The notes beneath the pieces are model-generated. The model did not search any database. It was not told the origin of the DNA and worked only from the letters and a program-made list of their open reading frames with translations. A stretch of DNA of 32,000 nt, from positions 330,001-362,000 of the forward strand of contig NC_007681.1 in NCBI RefSeq assembly GCF_000012545.1, read 5' to 3'. The DNA comes from Methanosphaera stadtmanae DSM 3091 (GTDB lineage: Archaea > Methanobacteriota > Methanobacteria > Methanobacteriales > Methanobacteriaceae). Every line of letters starts with the position of its first letter. The stretch's first letter is position 1. Of this stretch, positions 10,297 to 20,156 are shown one piece after another. Both the position numbers and the translations under genes were made by a program.

Positions 10297-11325
10297 TTAT
10301 AATTCAATTTTTTTGTTTTCATTTGTTGTTATTAGAACACGATTGTCTGAATCTTCTTTAATTTCTCCAATAACATATGATTTATGGTATTTATTTAGTA
10401 TTTCAAGAGCTTCATCCTGATATTTTCCATCAAGAATTACAGCAAAACCAATTCCCATATTAAATACATGATACATTTCTTTATCTTCAATACCTGTAGC
10501 TTGTATTGCTTTAAATATAGGTAATGTTTCAGGTAGATTATTGATAATATAAGTCATATCATGATTTAATCTTTTTAAGTTACTAAATCCACCACCAGTT
10601 ATGTGTCCAAGTCCATGAACTTCAATATCAGAATTTAATAAGTCCATAATTGCATCAACATAAATTATAGTAGGTTCAAGTAATGCTTCTCCAACAGTGG
10701 TTGAATTATCAGTTGGTAATTTATCATCTACATTGAAATTTGCTATTTCAAGTAAAGCCTTTCTTGCTAAACTTAGTCCATTACTATGTACACCACTACT
10801 TTCAATACCAATGATAATATCACCATCTTTTATTTGTGTACCAGTAATTATATCTTCCTTGTCTACAGTTCCAATTCCAGTTCCAGCAAGATCAAAATCC
10901 TTAATAATTTTAGGTAATGAAGCAGTTTCTCCACCAATCATTGCTATTTTTGCTTGTTGACAACCTACTTTCAATCCTTTACCTATTTGACTTGCAACTT
11001 CAGGATCTGGATGTTCCACTGCTAAATAATCAACCATAGCTATTGGTTCAGCACCTACACATAAAATATCATTTACAACCATAGCAATACAATCAATACC
11101 TACAGTATCGAATTTATTCATTAAATTTGCAATTAATATTTTACTTCCAACACCATCAGTACTCATAGCTATTGCACGTGAACCAAAATCAACTAATGCT
11201 GCGAAATGTCCTTTATTTTTTATAATATTTCTGTAATCTAATGTTTCAGATAGTTCTCCAGTTAATGCACGTACAGTTTGTTCTTCCAAACTAATATCAA
11301 CACCTGCTTCAGAATATGTAACCAT
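10297..11325 (-). CDS. purM: Phosphoribosylformylglycinamidine cyclo-ligase (AIR synthetase, PurM)
   Basis: [11 protein letters not shown].., FAALV.., STDGVGSK.., [17 protein letters not shown].., [14 protein letters not shown].., ITGGG motifs. Confidence 0.9.
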   Translation of the reverse strand: MVTYSEAGVDISLEEQTVRALTGELSETLDYRNIIKNKGHFAALVDFGSRAIAMSTDGVGSKILIANLMNKFDTVGIDCIAMVVNDILCVGAEPIAMVDYLAVEHPDPEVASQIGKGLKVGCQQAKIAMIGGETASLPKIIKDFDLAGTGIGTVDKEDIITGTQIKDGDIIIGIESSGVHSNGLSLARKALLEIANFNVDDKLPTDNSTTVGEALLEPTIIYVDAIMDLLNSDIEVHGLGHITGGGFSNLKRLNHDMTYIINNLPETLPIFKAIQATGIEDKEMYHVFNMGIGFAVILDGKYQDEALEILNKYHKSYVIGEIKEDSDNRVLITTNENKKIEL

Positions 11326-11677
11326 TATTTCACCTATAACATTATTGAACTTCCTTAATACTATAATTAAAGATTCCCTGATAATTGGGCTAACCCCTGT
11401 GTTCTACAGGTTTTTGAATTAATTAATTAATCAAAATTATTCATGATTAATTTTAAAATGTATATTTATATTTAAAAAAAATAGTGACACGTTTTATTAT
11501 TCACTTTTTTTATTTATTAATTATATTTCTTTTTTCTAATTGTTATATATTTTTAAATAGATTTTATCTACTTAATATAATAACTGTTGAAAAAGTATTT
11601 TTTTCCATTCTAAATTCTCATATACTTAAAATAAAATAATAAAAAAAGGAGAGTATAAGAGAGAGTTGTATTTTTTT

Positions 11678-13585
11678 TTATTGTAATCTAGTAGTTTCAA
11701 GATTTAATGGAGTTTTTGTTTCAATTTTATATGTTCTATAAATACTACTTGCAAGATCTAATGCTTTATATGCATCACCATGACAAACTAGGATTTTATC
11801 AGGTTTTGGTGATAATTTACGAACATATTCCATTAATTGTTTACGATCACTATGTCCACTAAATCCATCAATTGTTGTAACTTCTATGTTAATATGGAAT
11901 AATTGTGTTACTCCATCTTTTTCTAGTGGAACTTCATCGAATCCTTTCTGAATTCTTCTACCTAATGAACCTTCTGACTGATATCCTACAAAGATAATAC
12001 GGTTTTTCTCATCTTCACATAGTTCTTTGAAGTATTCAACAGAATTTCCTCCTGTTAACATACCAGATGTTGATAAAATAACGCATGGTTCATTACTTTC
12101 TAGTAATTTACGTCTTTGTTCATTGTTTGTTACTTTATTAAATACATCTGATGTGAATGGATTTTCACCTGCATGGAATATTTGTTTTTGTAATTCATTA
12201 CTTAAGAATTCTGGATGTGCAGTATGTATAGCTGTAGCTTCCCATATCATTCCATCTAAATATACTGGTACTTTACCTAAAATACCTCTATTAATAAATT
12301 CTTCAAGAACAATCATAATTTCCTGTGCACGTCCAACAGCAAATACTGGAATAAGTATTTTTCCACCTTTTTGAATTGTATCATATATTGCTTTAACTAA
12401 TTCTTTTTCTGCAGTGTTACGTGTAGGGGTGTTGTCTTCACGTCCACCATATGTACTTTCCATTACCATAGATTCTATACGAGCAAAATGTTGTTTTGGT
12501 GTTCCAAGTAATCTACTTTGTTCATTCTTAAAGTCACCAGTATATAGGAAGTTATGTTTTCCATCACCTATATTTAAGTGGGCCATAGCAGAACCAACAA
12601 TATGTCCTGCATCATGTAGTGTTAAACGTATATCAGGTGATATATCAGTAACTTGTCCATAATCTAGTGTAATTGTTTTGTTAATTGTTTCTTTAACATC
12701 TTTTATATTAAATGGAAGTGGTTTGTCTTCTCTATGGGAGATATCAAGATGGTCTTGTTGGAGAAGAGTCATCATATCTCTTGTTGGAGTAGTACAGTAT
12801 GTAGGTCCATCATATCCATAATGATATAAGTATGGTACAAAACCAGTATGGTCAAGGTGAGCGTGGGTAATAATAACTGCATCTAAATCTTGAAGATTAA
12901 ATTCTGGAACATTTAAGAAAGGATATGCTGTTTTTTCATCAATACCTGCTACATTTACTCCACAATCTAATATAACTTTACTGTTTGGTGTTTGTAAGAA
13001 TAAACAAGATCGTCCAACCTCTCTAAATCCACCAAGTGATGTTAATCTAACCCAATCATTATCAAACATAGGTTCTCGTCTGATTCTTTTTCCTAATTTT
13101 TGTAAAAATTCTTTTCTTTCTTTACTATTTCTTTTTAATGATAATCTGATTCTTTGGATTGTTTCAGAATTAATTGGTGGTGTTCTTAATATTTTTGGGG
13201 TCCATCCTGTTTGTTTTAGTATTTCACGGGATGTTGTTCCATATTTTCCAATAACTAGTCCGGGTTTTCTTGATTCAATAATAACTTCGTGTGTTACATC
13301 ATCAAAGGATATGTCTGTAATATCAGCATCTGTAGGAACAATTTCTTCTACTTTGTCTATTGTTTCAGGTGGTGGTGAAAGAACTGATTTGTCTGATCTG
13401 ATAATTATTCGTTTTCTTATTTTTTTTGCTAATGCACGAATTATATCTCCATGATCTTTGTTTATTTCAGGATTTTTTGTATATATAACAATTTCAGGTC
13501 CTTCAAATTCAACTTTTGCTAGTTTTACTTTTTCAGGTAAATATTCTATAATTTGATCTTTGATTTCATCGATCATATTAGTCAT
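11678..13585 (-). CDS. fttA: Archaeal CPSF1-type KH / beta-lactamase / beta-CASP ribonuclease (aCPSF1/FttA, transcription termination factor)
   Basis: Length is 635 aa. N-terminal KH repeats ([14 protein letters not shown]), the metallo-beta-lactamase motif [15 protein letters not shown], a beta-CASP region and a C-terminal GFSGHSD...CHGD are all present. Confidence 0.9.
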   Translation of the reverse strand: MTNMIDEIKDQIIEYLPEKVKLAKVEFEGPEIVIYTKNPEINKDHGDIIRALAKKIRKRIIIRSDKSVLSPPPETIDKVEEIVPTDADITDISFDDVTHEVIIESRKPGLVIGKYGTTSREILKQTGWTPKILRTPPINSETIQRIRLSLKRNSKERKEFLQKLGKRIRREPMFDNDWVRLTSLGGFREVGRSCLFLQTPNSKVILDCGVNVAGIDEKTAYPFLNVPEFNLQDLDAVIITHAHLDHTGFVPYLYHYGYDGPTYCTTPTRDMMTLLQQDHLDISHREDKPLPFNIKDVKETINKTITLDYGQVTDISPDIRLTLHDAGHIVGSAMAHLNIGDGKHNFLYTGDFKNEQSRLLGTPKQHFARIESMVMESTYGGREDNTPTRNTAEKELVKAIYDTIQKGGKILIPVFAVGRAQEIMIVLEEFINRGILGKVPVYLDGMIWEATAIHTAHPEFLSNELQKQIFHAGENPFTSDVFNKVTNNEQRRKLLESNEPCVILSTSGMLTGGNSVEYFKELCEDEKNRIIFVGYQSEGSLGRRIQKGFDEVPLEKDGVTQLFHINIEVTTIDGFSGHSDRKQLMEYVRKLSPKPDKILVCHGDAYKALDLASSIYRTYKIETKTPLNLETTRLQ

Positions 13586-14242
13586 ACATTATCACTCTCT
13601 CATTTTTTGATAATTTTTATGTAGAACAAATTATTATCCTTAAAAAACTTTATAATAATTGTTTTAATGTTTTATCTGCTACACTGTTTTACTTAATGAT
13701 TTTATTTATTAAAATATGAAATTTACATATTTTATTTAATTAGGTTTCGTGTTTATTTTAATTGTAAGTAGAATAGTACTATTTTTATTAAATTGTAGAA
13801 TTTTTTTAAATTCCTTTTTATTTCTAAAATAGAGTCATGTTCATATTTAATATAAAATATCTTTTCATTAATTGATTATGTTTTTATCAAAAGAATATTT
13901 TATTTATTAATAAACTATAATTAGCAGTAAAAGTGATTTGATTTTTTCATTTTTTTACATTACATCCCATGTTTTGTTTTAAATTCAAAAAATTTTTTTT
14001 TTAATTATATAGAATGTAATATTTTTAAAAACAATATAATAATTACTCTGTTTTTATCTTATATATAATCTTTTTTAAAAAAATATTCATATTATTTTTA
14101 AATAATATTTAATTAACTAAGATATTCTTATTTTTAAGAAATAATTCTTTTTTTTATTTAAGTAAAAAAATATAATTATAATTATATTGTTTTTAGGAAT
14201 AAATTTTATTATTGAAAAAAATTTAGAAAAGAAGAAAGTGTT

Positions 14243-14860
14243 TTAAAGTTGTTTCTTAATTTGAGCAATTTCTTCTTTAGTATATATTTTCATTCCATCT
14301 TTGGTTATAACTCCAAGTCTGTAGTTATTTCCAGAATATACATCACGTTCCATTGCAGAAGTTATAGCTTTTATAGCAATTTTTTTACCTTCTTCTGTAG
14401 TAATGTCTTCATTATACCTATCTTCCAATACACCAAATGCATAAGGAGAACCAGAACCTGTTGATGTGAAGGTATCTGGAATGTAACTTCCACTTGGGTC
14501 TAATGTGTATAATTTAGCTCCATCTTTATCAACACCTGCAAGAATAGTTTGAACATAATATGGTCTTGATTTAAGTATGTTACTTGTTAAAACAGCTAAA
14601 GCATCAATGGACATATCTTTTTCATTTCTTAATTTATATAATGAAATTTCTGCTTTAAGAATATCCATTAATGATTGTGCATGTGATACTGTTCCTGCAA
14701 TTGTTGCACCTATTTTATCATCTATTTGGAATAATTTATCTGCATTTTTATTTGCAACTAAACTTCCCATTGTTGCTCTGGTTTCTGTTGCTAAAACAAC
14801 TCCATCTGTACATACAAAGCCTACTGTTGTTGTTCCTTCCATATTTTCTGTTTGATTCAT
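14243..14860 (-). CDS. psmB: Proteasome beta subunit (PsmB)
   Basis: A propeptide is followed by the catalytic GTTTVGFVCTDGVVLATETRAT. GAGGTG precedes the ATG at 14860. The tracked ORF start at 14887 is probably too long. Confidence 0.9.
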   Translation of the reverse strand: MNQTENMEGTTTVGFVCTDGVVLATETRATMGSLVANKNADKLFQIDDKIGATIAGTVSHAQSLMDILKAEISLYKLRNEKDMSIDALAVLTSNILKSRPYYVQTILAGVDKDGAKLYTLDPSGSYIPDTFTSTGSGSPYAFGVLEDRYNEDITTEEGKKIAIKAITSAMERDVYSGNNYRLGVITKDGMKIYTKEEIAQIKKQL

Positions 14861-15179
14861 TTGTACACCTCTATATATTTCTATCAATATTAAATAATGA
14901 GAATAATTATTTTTTTTTATTTTCTTTTTTATGCTTAAAAATTATGTTATTATTCTATTATATAACTTTTGGTTATTAAAAGTTTATTTTAATTAAAAAT
15001 ATTTTTTTAATATTAATAACCATCACTCTGGGTATTGACAAAGATATTTTTCTTGATAAATAATTCAACTAAAAAAATACATTTTTAAAAATTTTTGTAT
15101 AAATAAAAATTCAAAAAAATCTATGAATTTTCTAAAATTTTTCATAAAAAAAAATAAAATTAAAGATTATCTAAAAAAA

Positions 15180-16043
15180 TTAATCTTTATTCATGTATTT
15201 TGATTTGATTTCTTGGGCTATTTTCATAAAGCCTTTTGCTGCATCTGATTCAGGTTTGGATTTAACGATAGGTACTTCTTCAATATCTGCTGATTCAGAA
15301 ACACTTGTTCTAAATGGAAGATCTCCAAGATAATCAACATCCATAGCTTCAGCAAAATCCTTACCTTTACTTTCACCAAAGAGATTTATTCTTTCATCAC
15401 AATGTGGACATTCAAGATAGGACATATTTTCAACTAATCCTATGTTTTTAATGTTCAACATTCGAGTCATTGAAACACATTTAGTCACATCTTCTTCTGA
15501 TACAGAACTTGGTGTTGTAACCATAACAGCAGCATCTAAATCTGGAATCATTTGTAATACTGTTAAAGGTTCATCACCAGTACCTGGAGGATTATCAAAG
15601 ATCATAACATCTACATTACTCCATGCAACATCGGAAATTAATTGTTTTATTGCACCTGTTTTTTGTGGTCCTCTCCAAATAATTGGGGAAGCATTACTTT
15701 CTATAAGAAAAGCCATTGATGCTACTAAAATACCATCATCAGTTTCAACAGGTATTAATTTATTTCCTTTTACACTAAGTTGTTTGTCTTCAATACCTAA
15801 CATTTTAGGTACGTTTGGTCCATGAATATCTACATCATAAAGTGCTGTTTTTAATCCCATAGCATTAAATGCTTGGGCTAAATTAACAGCTACAGTAGAT
15901 TTTCCTACTCCTCCTTTACCACTCATAACAGCAATTTTATATTTAATATTTGCTAAATTACGGGTTATATTAATATTTTGTTCCATCATAGCCTTTTTAT
16001 CTTCTTCAGATAAATTAGCTCCATGTTCGTGTGCCATTATCAT
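15180..16043 (-). CDS. Mrp/NBP35/ApbC-family P-loop ATPase (Fe-S cluster carrier)
   Basis: The deviant Walker A is VMSGKGGVGKSTVAVNLA. Also present are a D..PPGTGDE motif and a CPHC pair (ECPHCDERINLFG). Confidence 0.85.
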   Translation of the reverse strand: MIMAHEHGANLSEEDKKAMMEQNINITRNLANIKYKIAVMSGKGGVGKSTVAVNLAQAFNAMGLKTALYDVDIHGPNVPKMLGIEDKQLSVKGNKLIPVETDDGILVASMAFLIESNASPIIWRGPQKTGAIKQLISDVAWSNVDVMIFDNPPGTGDEPLTVLQMIPDLDAAVMVTTPSSVSEEDVTKCVSMTRMLNIKNIGLVENMSYLECPHCDERINLFGESKGKDFAEAMDVDYLGDLPFRTSVSESADIEEVPIVKSKPESDAAKGFMKIAQEIKSKYMNKD

Positions 16044-16285
16044 AACTCCTAGTTATTTAAGAATATTATTATAATATGAAAATATTATTCTAAATAATTT
16101 GTTCTTTTTTCTTTTAATATTCTATATAATGGATTATTTAGTTAGTTGTTTATAAAATTAATCTATATTTAAATGAATGGTAATCAACACAATATAATTA
16201 AAAAAAATGAATATAATTGTTTTGATTTAAAAAATAATTAATAATAAGACTTATTTAATAAAAAAATAATTAAAAAATAAAAAAA

Positions 16286-17194
16286 TTATAAAATTGATGT
16301 TTCTGGAAGTATTTTTACTAAAATATGATCGTACATTTTAGATTTTTTAATCTCAGCAATATCACCTAATCTATAACCTTCAACTACAACATTAGCCACT
16401 TCTTTGTAATATTCATCATAAGGTAATTTTACACGAACACCATCTAATTGACTTACAATGGCCATAGGGGCATTAACATCTTTTATAGAAGGAAGTTCTC
16501 TTTCTAATGTAATTTTAACAATAACTGGTGATATAATCAGAGGATCATCACTTAACTCTTCTTTTTGTTTGGAAATAATATCTTCAGAAGTTTTAACTAA
16601 TTTTTTAAGTGCTCTAATATTTTCACCACGTTTTAATCTACGAGGAATTCTTCCAAATCCTGCAACATAAGCATTAGCATTGATTTCTTCAGCAACAATT
16701 TCAGGGCTACCTGTTACAATAACTGGAATATCAATATCCTCAAATAAGAATTTCTTTTTACGTATACAATCATCAAAACTTCCTAATGAAAATATTGCTA
16801 AGTCATGTTCTTCAATTAAATCCTTTTCTTCTTTATTTATCTGTGCAATTCCCTTTCCAGCTCCACGAGCAAGACCTATCATGTTGGTTTTTGTACCATA
16901 TCTTCTTAAATATTCTGCTATATCACAAGCAGCATGGGGTAAGTGTTGACGTGCAAGAGTTGGGGATACAACAGCTATTTCTGTACTGGCAAGGGGAGAT
17001 AATTCAACAGAACCAAGTAATTCTTTTGCTTTAGCTTCTATTTTATCAGTATCTTCTGAAGGAACAGCAATAGTTAATGTTATATCGATTTGAGATTCAT
17101 TTTTTTGAAGAATGAATCCACCAAGATCTTCAATAAGTTCTTCTATTTCATAATGTTTATGAACTCCACCAGTATATGTCATTGTTTCATACAT
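16286..17194 (-). CDS. Conserved protein of unknown function, possibly methanogenesis marker protein 7 (Mmp7)-like
   Basis: This is a clean 302-aa ORF beginning [27 protein letters not shown] and containing ..[30 protein letters not shown]. The Mmp7 assignment is from memory of family N-termini, not a search. An alternative start at ATG 17182 forms an ATGA overlap with the upstream ORF. Confidence 0.4.
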   Translation of the reverse strand: MYETMTYTGGVHKHYEIEELIEDLGGFILQKNESQIDITLTIAVPSEDTDKIEAKAKELLGSVELSPLASTEIAVVSPTLARQHLPHAACDIAEYLRRYGTKTNMIGLARGAGKGIAQINKEEKDLIEEHDLAIFSLGSFDDCIRKKKFLFEDIDIPVIVTGSPEIVAEEINANAYVAGFGRIPRRLKRGENIRALKKLVKTSEDIISKQKEELSDDPLIISPVIVKITLERELPSIKDVNAPMAIVSQLDGVRVKLPYDEYYKEVANVVVEGYRLGDIAEIKKSKMYDHILVKILPETSIL

Positions 17195-17703
17195 AATTTA
17201 CTCTCCAATAATTCATATCTTTCTTTTATCCGTTGAATAATATTCTTTGGTACATTTTTATGTGAAGGAATTATAATAACATTCTTTTTATTTTTAAATT
17301 CTATATTCATATAATCTGGAACTATTATGAAATCATAATCACTATCACTAATATTATAACCCATATCTGTAATGGTATCTTTTAAAAAATTACCATATAC
17401 TTTTACTTTAATATTTTTTCGATTATCTTTTTTCTTATTATTATCATTAATTAAATATTTAATTAATTTAATTTTTTCTTCATCTATATTAGTATTAAAT
17501 TTATTCTTTATTATAAAAATACTATCATAAATTTGTTGATATGTATTTAATTTAACAGGTATTTTAGGAATATCTGTTTTTGTTTCAGACAATACTACTG
17601 CCACATCAGCATTTTCTATATATGATGGTTTTACAACAGTATAATCATCTACTCCGGCAATTTTTAAGATATCTTCACACATTGGTGTTGTAATAATATT
17701 CAT
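17179..17703 (-). CDS. Small hypothetical protein (174 aa), translationally coupled to the downstream 302-aa ORF
   Basis: The ORF has a well-formed N-terminal half ([35 protein letters not shown]) and a K/N-rich low-complexity middle. Its stop overlaps the next start. No family was recognised with confidence. Confidence 0.5.
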   Translation of the reverse strand: MNIITTPMCEDILKIAGVDDYTVVKPSYIENADVAVVLSETKTDIPKIPVKLNTYQQIYDSIFIIKNKFNTNIDEEKIKLIKYLINDNNKKKDNRKNIKVKVYGNFLKDTITDMGYNISDSDYDFIIVPDYMNIEFKNKKNVIIIPSHKNVPKNIIQRIKERYELLESKLCMKQ

Positions 17704-17920
17704 TGTTATTCACTTATTTAACATTCTAATTAATGTTTTTGTTATTAATATTGTATATAATTAAGACAATTGAAAAAACATCCTATTTATATAAATAATT
17801 ATTTTCACATATTTATTAGTAATATTTTAATTAAAACTATTAATATTAAAATGAAATAATTCATAATAAAGTAAGAATTTTAATATTTTTTTAATTAATC
17901 TTTGTATAATGGAGAAAAAT

Positions 17921-18619
17921 ATGAAAATTAATGTAAGTTTATATAATTCACGAACCAATGATTTAGCTATAGTAATTGATTTATTAAGGGCAAGTACAAC
18001 AATAAGTGTAGCATTAAATACTTTTAAAAGAATTGTTCCGATTAATGATATAGATGAAGCTATTAAATTAAAAGAAAAACATAATGCAATATTGGCAGGT
18101 GAAATTAAATCATCAGATTTTGATGTTTCAAATTCACCAGTTCAAATATCAAATTATGCTGGTGATACATTAATTTTGAAAACAACAAATGGTACAAAGG
18201 TATTAGAAAATATAAAACAAAGAAATTCAGAAGTAAATATATTGGTTGGAGCATCAATAAATGCAAAAACAGTAGCACAAAAGGCATTAGATATTGCAGA
18301 TAATGAAATTGAATTAGTTATGGCAGGAAGACATCAAAGATTTACAATAGAGGATTGTATTGGTGCAGGAATAATTATTAATGAAATAGTAAACATAGCT
18401 AAAGAAAAAAATATATACTTAGAACTTTCAGAATCAGCAAAAGCATCAAAAATAATATCAAATAATTCTAATATAATAAAACAATTAATAAATACTTCAC
18501 ACAGTGCAGATAAATTACGTTATCTTGGATTTGGTGAAGATATTGAAATATGTAGTTTAATTAACAAGATAGATACAGTTCCAATCTATAAGAATAATTA
18601 CATAGTCTCATTAGATTAA
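17921..18619 (+). CDS. comB: 2-phosphosulfolactate phosphatase (ComB)
   Basis: ComB-family features are present: LAIVIDLLRASTTISVAL, TTNGTK, and a C-terminal SHSADKL. GGAGA at 17911-17915 favours ATG 17921 over the tracked 17909. Confidence 0.7.
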   Translation: MKINVSLYNSRTNDLAIVIDLLRASTTISVALNTFKRIVPINDIDEAIKLKEKHNAILAGEIKSSDFDVSNSPVQISNYAGDTLILKTTNGTKVLENIKQRNSEVNILVGASINAKTVAQKALDIADNEIELVMAGRHQRFTIEDCIGAGIIINEIVNIAKEKNIYLELSESAKASKIISNNSNIIKQLINTSHSADKLRYLGFGEDIEICSLINKIDTVPIYKNNYIVSLD

Positions 18620-18635
18620 ATAAAAAAGTGATAAT

Positions 18636-19931
18636 ATGGATAATGAAGAAAATAATACAGAATCAGATAGAATATTTACAAAACCACCAATTATTCGATT
18701 TTCACATATTCAACAGAATATTCAAGAAGAAACTGATGAAACAGAGATAATTCAACCAATAAGTAAATCTTCTCTAGAGATTGTAGCAACAGCACACATA
18801 TCAGATAAAAGTGTAGAATCAGTACGAAAAACTATTTATGAGAAAAAACCAGAGATTGTAGCAATAGAGTTAGATTTAGGAAGATATCAAGGATTGGTAG
18901 ATGAAAGTAGGGGAATTAAAAGAGAAGAAAAATTTGACTTAAAATCCCTACTCAAATCATCTAATCTTACAGTTACAATAGTAAGTGCATTCTTATCACA
19001 CATGCAAAAGAAGATGGGGGAAGAAGTTGGAGTAAAACCAGGTTCAGAAATGTTAGAGGCATCAAAAATAGCACGAGAAGTTAATGCAGACATAGCTTTA
19101 ATTGATAGAAACATACAAACAACACTTAAAAGAACAATTAGTGGAATGAGTCTTAAAGAGAAATTATCATTTGTATGGGATTTAATTAAGTCATTTATAT
19201 TTTCAGATGATGAAGATGAATCATTTAAAGAGGAAGTTGAACAATTAAAACAAGAAGATACAATAAAAGAAGTTATGGACTTTTTCAAAGAAGCATCACC
19301 TGGTGGATACAATGCACTAGTTCATGAAAGAGATGCTTACATGGCACATCATCTTAAAAGCTTAGAAGATAAAAATGTAGTGGCAGTTGTAGGGGCAGGA
19401 CATAAAAATGGAATTACAACATACCTCAACAATCCAGACACGATACCCCCCATTGATAGCCTTACTCAAATAAAAGAGTCAAGATTTTCAATAATTCAAA
19501 TAATACTATATCTCATACCAATACTTTTTATTGTGGTATTTGTTGGAGCATATATTCAAGGATTAAATATTGGTGAAGGTATAATAACCTATCTTATATT
19601 TGCAGGGGGAGGAGCATTAATAGGTTCTCTATTATCTGGTTCTAAGATACAATCTGCATTAGTGGGAATGGTTGTAGCACCAGTTACTGTTATTCATCCA
19701 TTATTAGCTGCTGGATGGTTTTCAGGACTTGTTGAAGGTAAATTACGTAAGGTAGGATTCGATGATTTAGCAGAATTAGCAGATTTTGAATCATTTAAAG
19801 ATCTATGGCATAATAAATTATTTAGAGTAATTCTTGTAGTACTTGGAACGAATATTGGATGTACAATTGGTTTTTTAATAACATTAAACAATGTATTTGT
19901 TCCCTACATACATGTAATATTTGGAATATGA
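18636..19931 (+). CDS. TraB/PrgY-family protein with a C-terminal multi-TM domain
   Basis: IVATAHISDKSVESV..PEIVAIELD..ERDAYMAHHL..VVAVVGAGHKNGI match TraB-family motifs. The C-terminal 150 aa are hydrophobic, with about 4 predicted TM helices. Confidence 0.75.
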   Translation: MDNEENNTESDRIFTKPPIIRFSHIQQNIQEETDETEIIQPISKSSLEIVATAHISDKSVESVRKTIYEKKPEIVAIELDLGRYQGLVDESRGIKREEKFDLKSLLKSSNLTVTIVSAFLSHMQKKMGEEVGVKPGSEMLEASKIAREVNADIALIDRNIQTTLKRTISGMSLKEKLSFVWDLIKSFIFSDDEDESFKEEVEQLKQEDTIKEVMDFFKEASPGGYNALVHERDAYMAHHLKSLEDKNVVAVVGAGHKNGITTYLNNPDTIPPIDSLTQIKESRFSIIQIILYLIPILFIVVFVGAYIQGLNIGEGIITYLIFAGGGALIGSLLSGSKIQSALVGMVVAPVTVIHPLLAAGWFSGLVEGKLRKVGFDDLAELADFESFKDLWHNKLFRVILVVLGTNIGCTIGFLITLNNVFVPYIHVIFGI

Positions 19932-19940
19932 GGTGTTTTA

Positions 19941-20156
19941 ATGAATTATTTAATATATAGATGTGATTGTGGTCGTGTTTTATATTCAAAAGAAACAACA
20001 AAAACAAAAAAATGTACATGTGGAAAAACATTAAATGTTAAAAAAAGAAGAATACTAAAAATTGCCCAATCAAGTACACAGGCAACAGAAACAGTTCAAC
20101 AAATGCAAGAAGAGATATATGGTGGTTCTATATTTAGAACAGCCAATGAATTATAA
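19941..20156 (+). CDS. Small CXC...CXC zinc-ribbon protein (DUF1922-like)
   Basis: Length is 71 aa, with YRCDCGRVLY...KKCTCGKTL. A strong GAGGTG RBS lies 5 nt upstream, overlapping the traB-like stop. Confidence 0.6.
   Translation: MNYLIYRCDCGRVLYSKETTKTKKCTCGKTLNVKKRRILKIAQSSTQATETVQQMQEEIYGGSIFRTANEL

Noticed and set aside
11381-11420. Assigning the purM-leader element to a known riboswitch class (ZTP/pfl, purine) or to a box C/D sRNA
   Set aside because: I cannot find the conserved ZTP or purine-riboswitch core sequences. There is no RTGATGA box C, although a CTGA is present. It is kept only as an unclassified candidate.
12027-12662. Plus-strand ORFs of 115 and 82 aa inside fttA, and similar nested ORFs (1310-1701, 3682-3990, 4136-4363, 9425-9634, 10697-10960, 15442-15825, 16458-17034, 18105-18287, 18887-19312, 19694-20031, 20062-20244, 20731-20937, 21515-21724, 22473-22673, 24036-24573, 25174-25362, 27401-27716, 28570-28764, 31112-31342)
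   Set aside because: All are fully or largely embedded antisense to, or out of frame with, longer ORFs that have clear family signatures. None has a convincing RBS or recognisable motif.
14249-14979. Three overlapping plus-strand ORFs (71, 92 and 102 aa) opposite psmB
   Set aside because: They are antisense shadows of a well-supported proteasome beta gene. Their F/L/I-rich low-complexity translations are typical of AT-rich antisense frames, and they have no RBS.
18636-19931. TraB-family gene as a sign of a conjugative or pheromone-responsive mobile element
   Set aside because: No other conjugation, integrase or plasmid genes are nearby. TraB/PrgY-family proteins are widespread chromosomal genes in archaea, and here the gene sits in an operon with comB.
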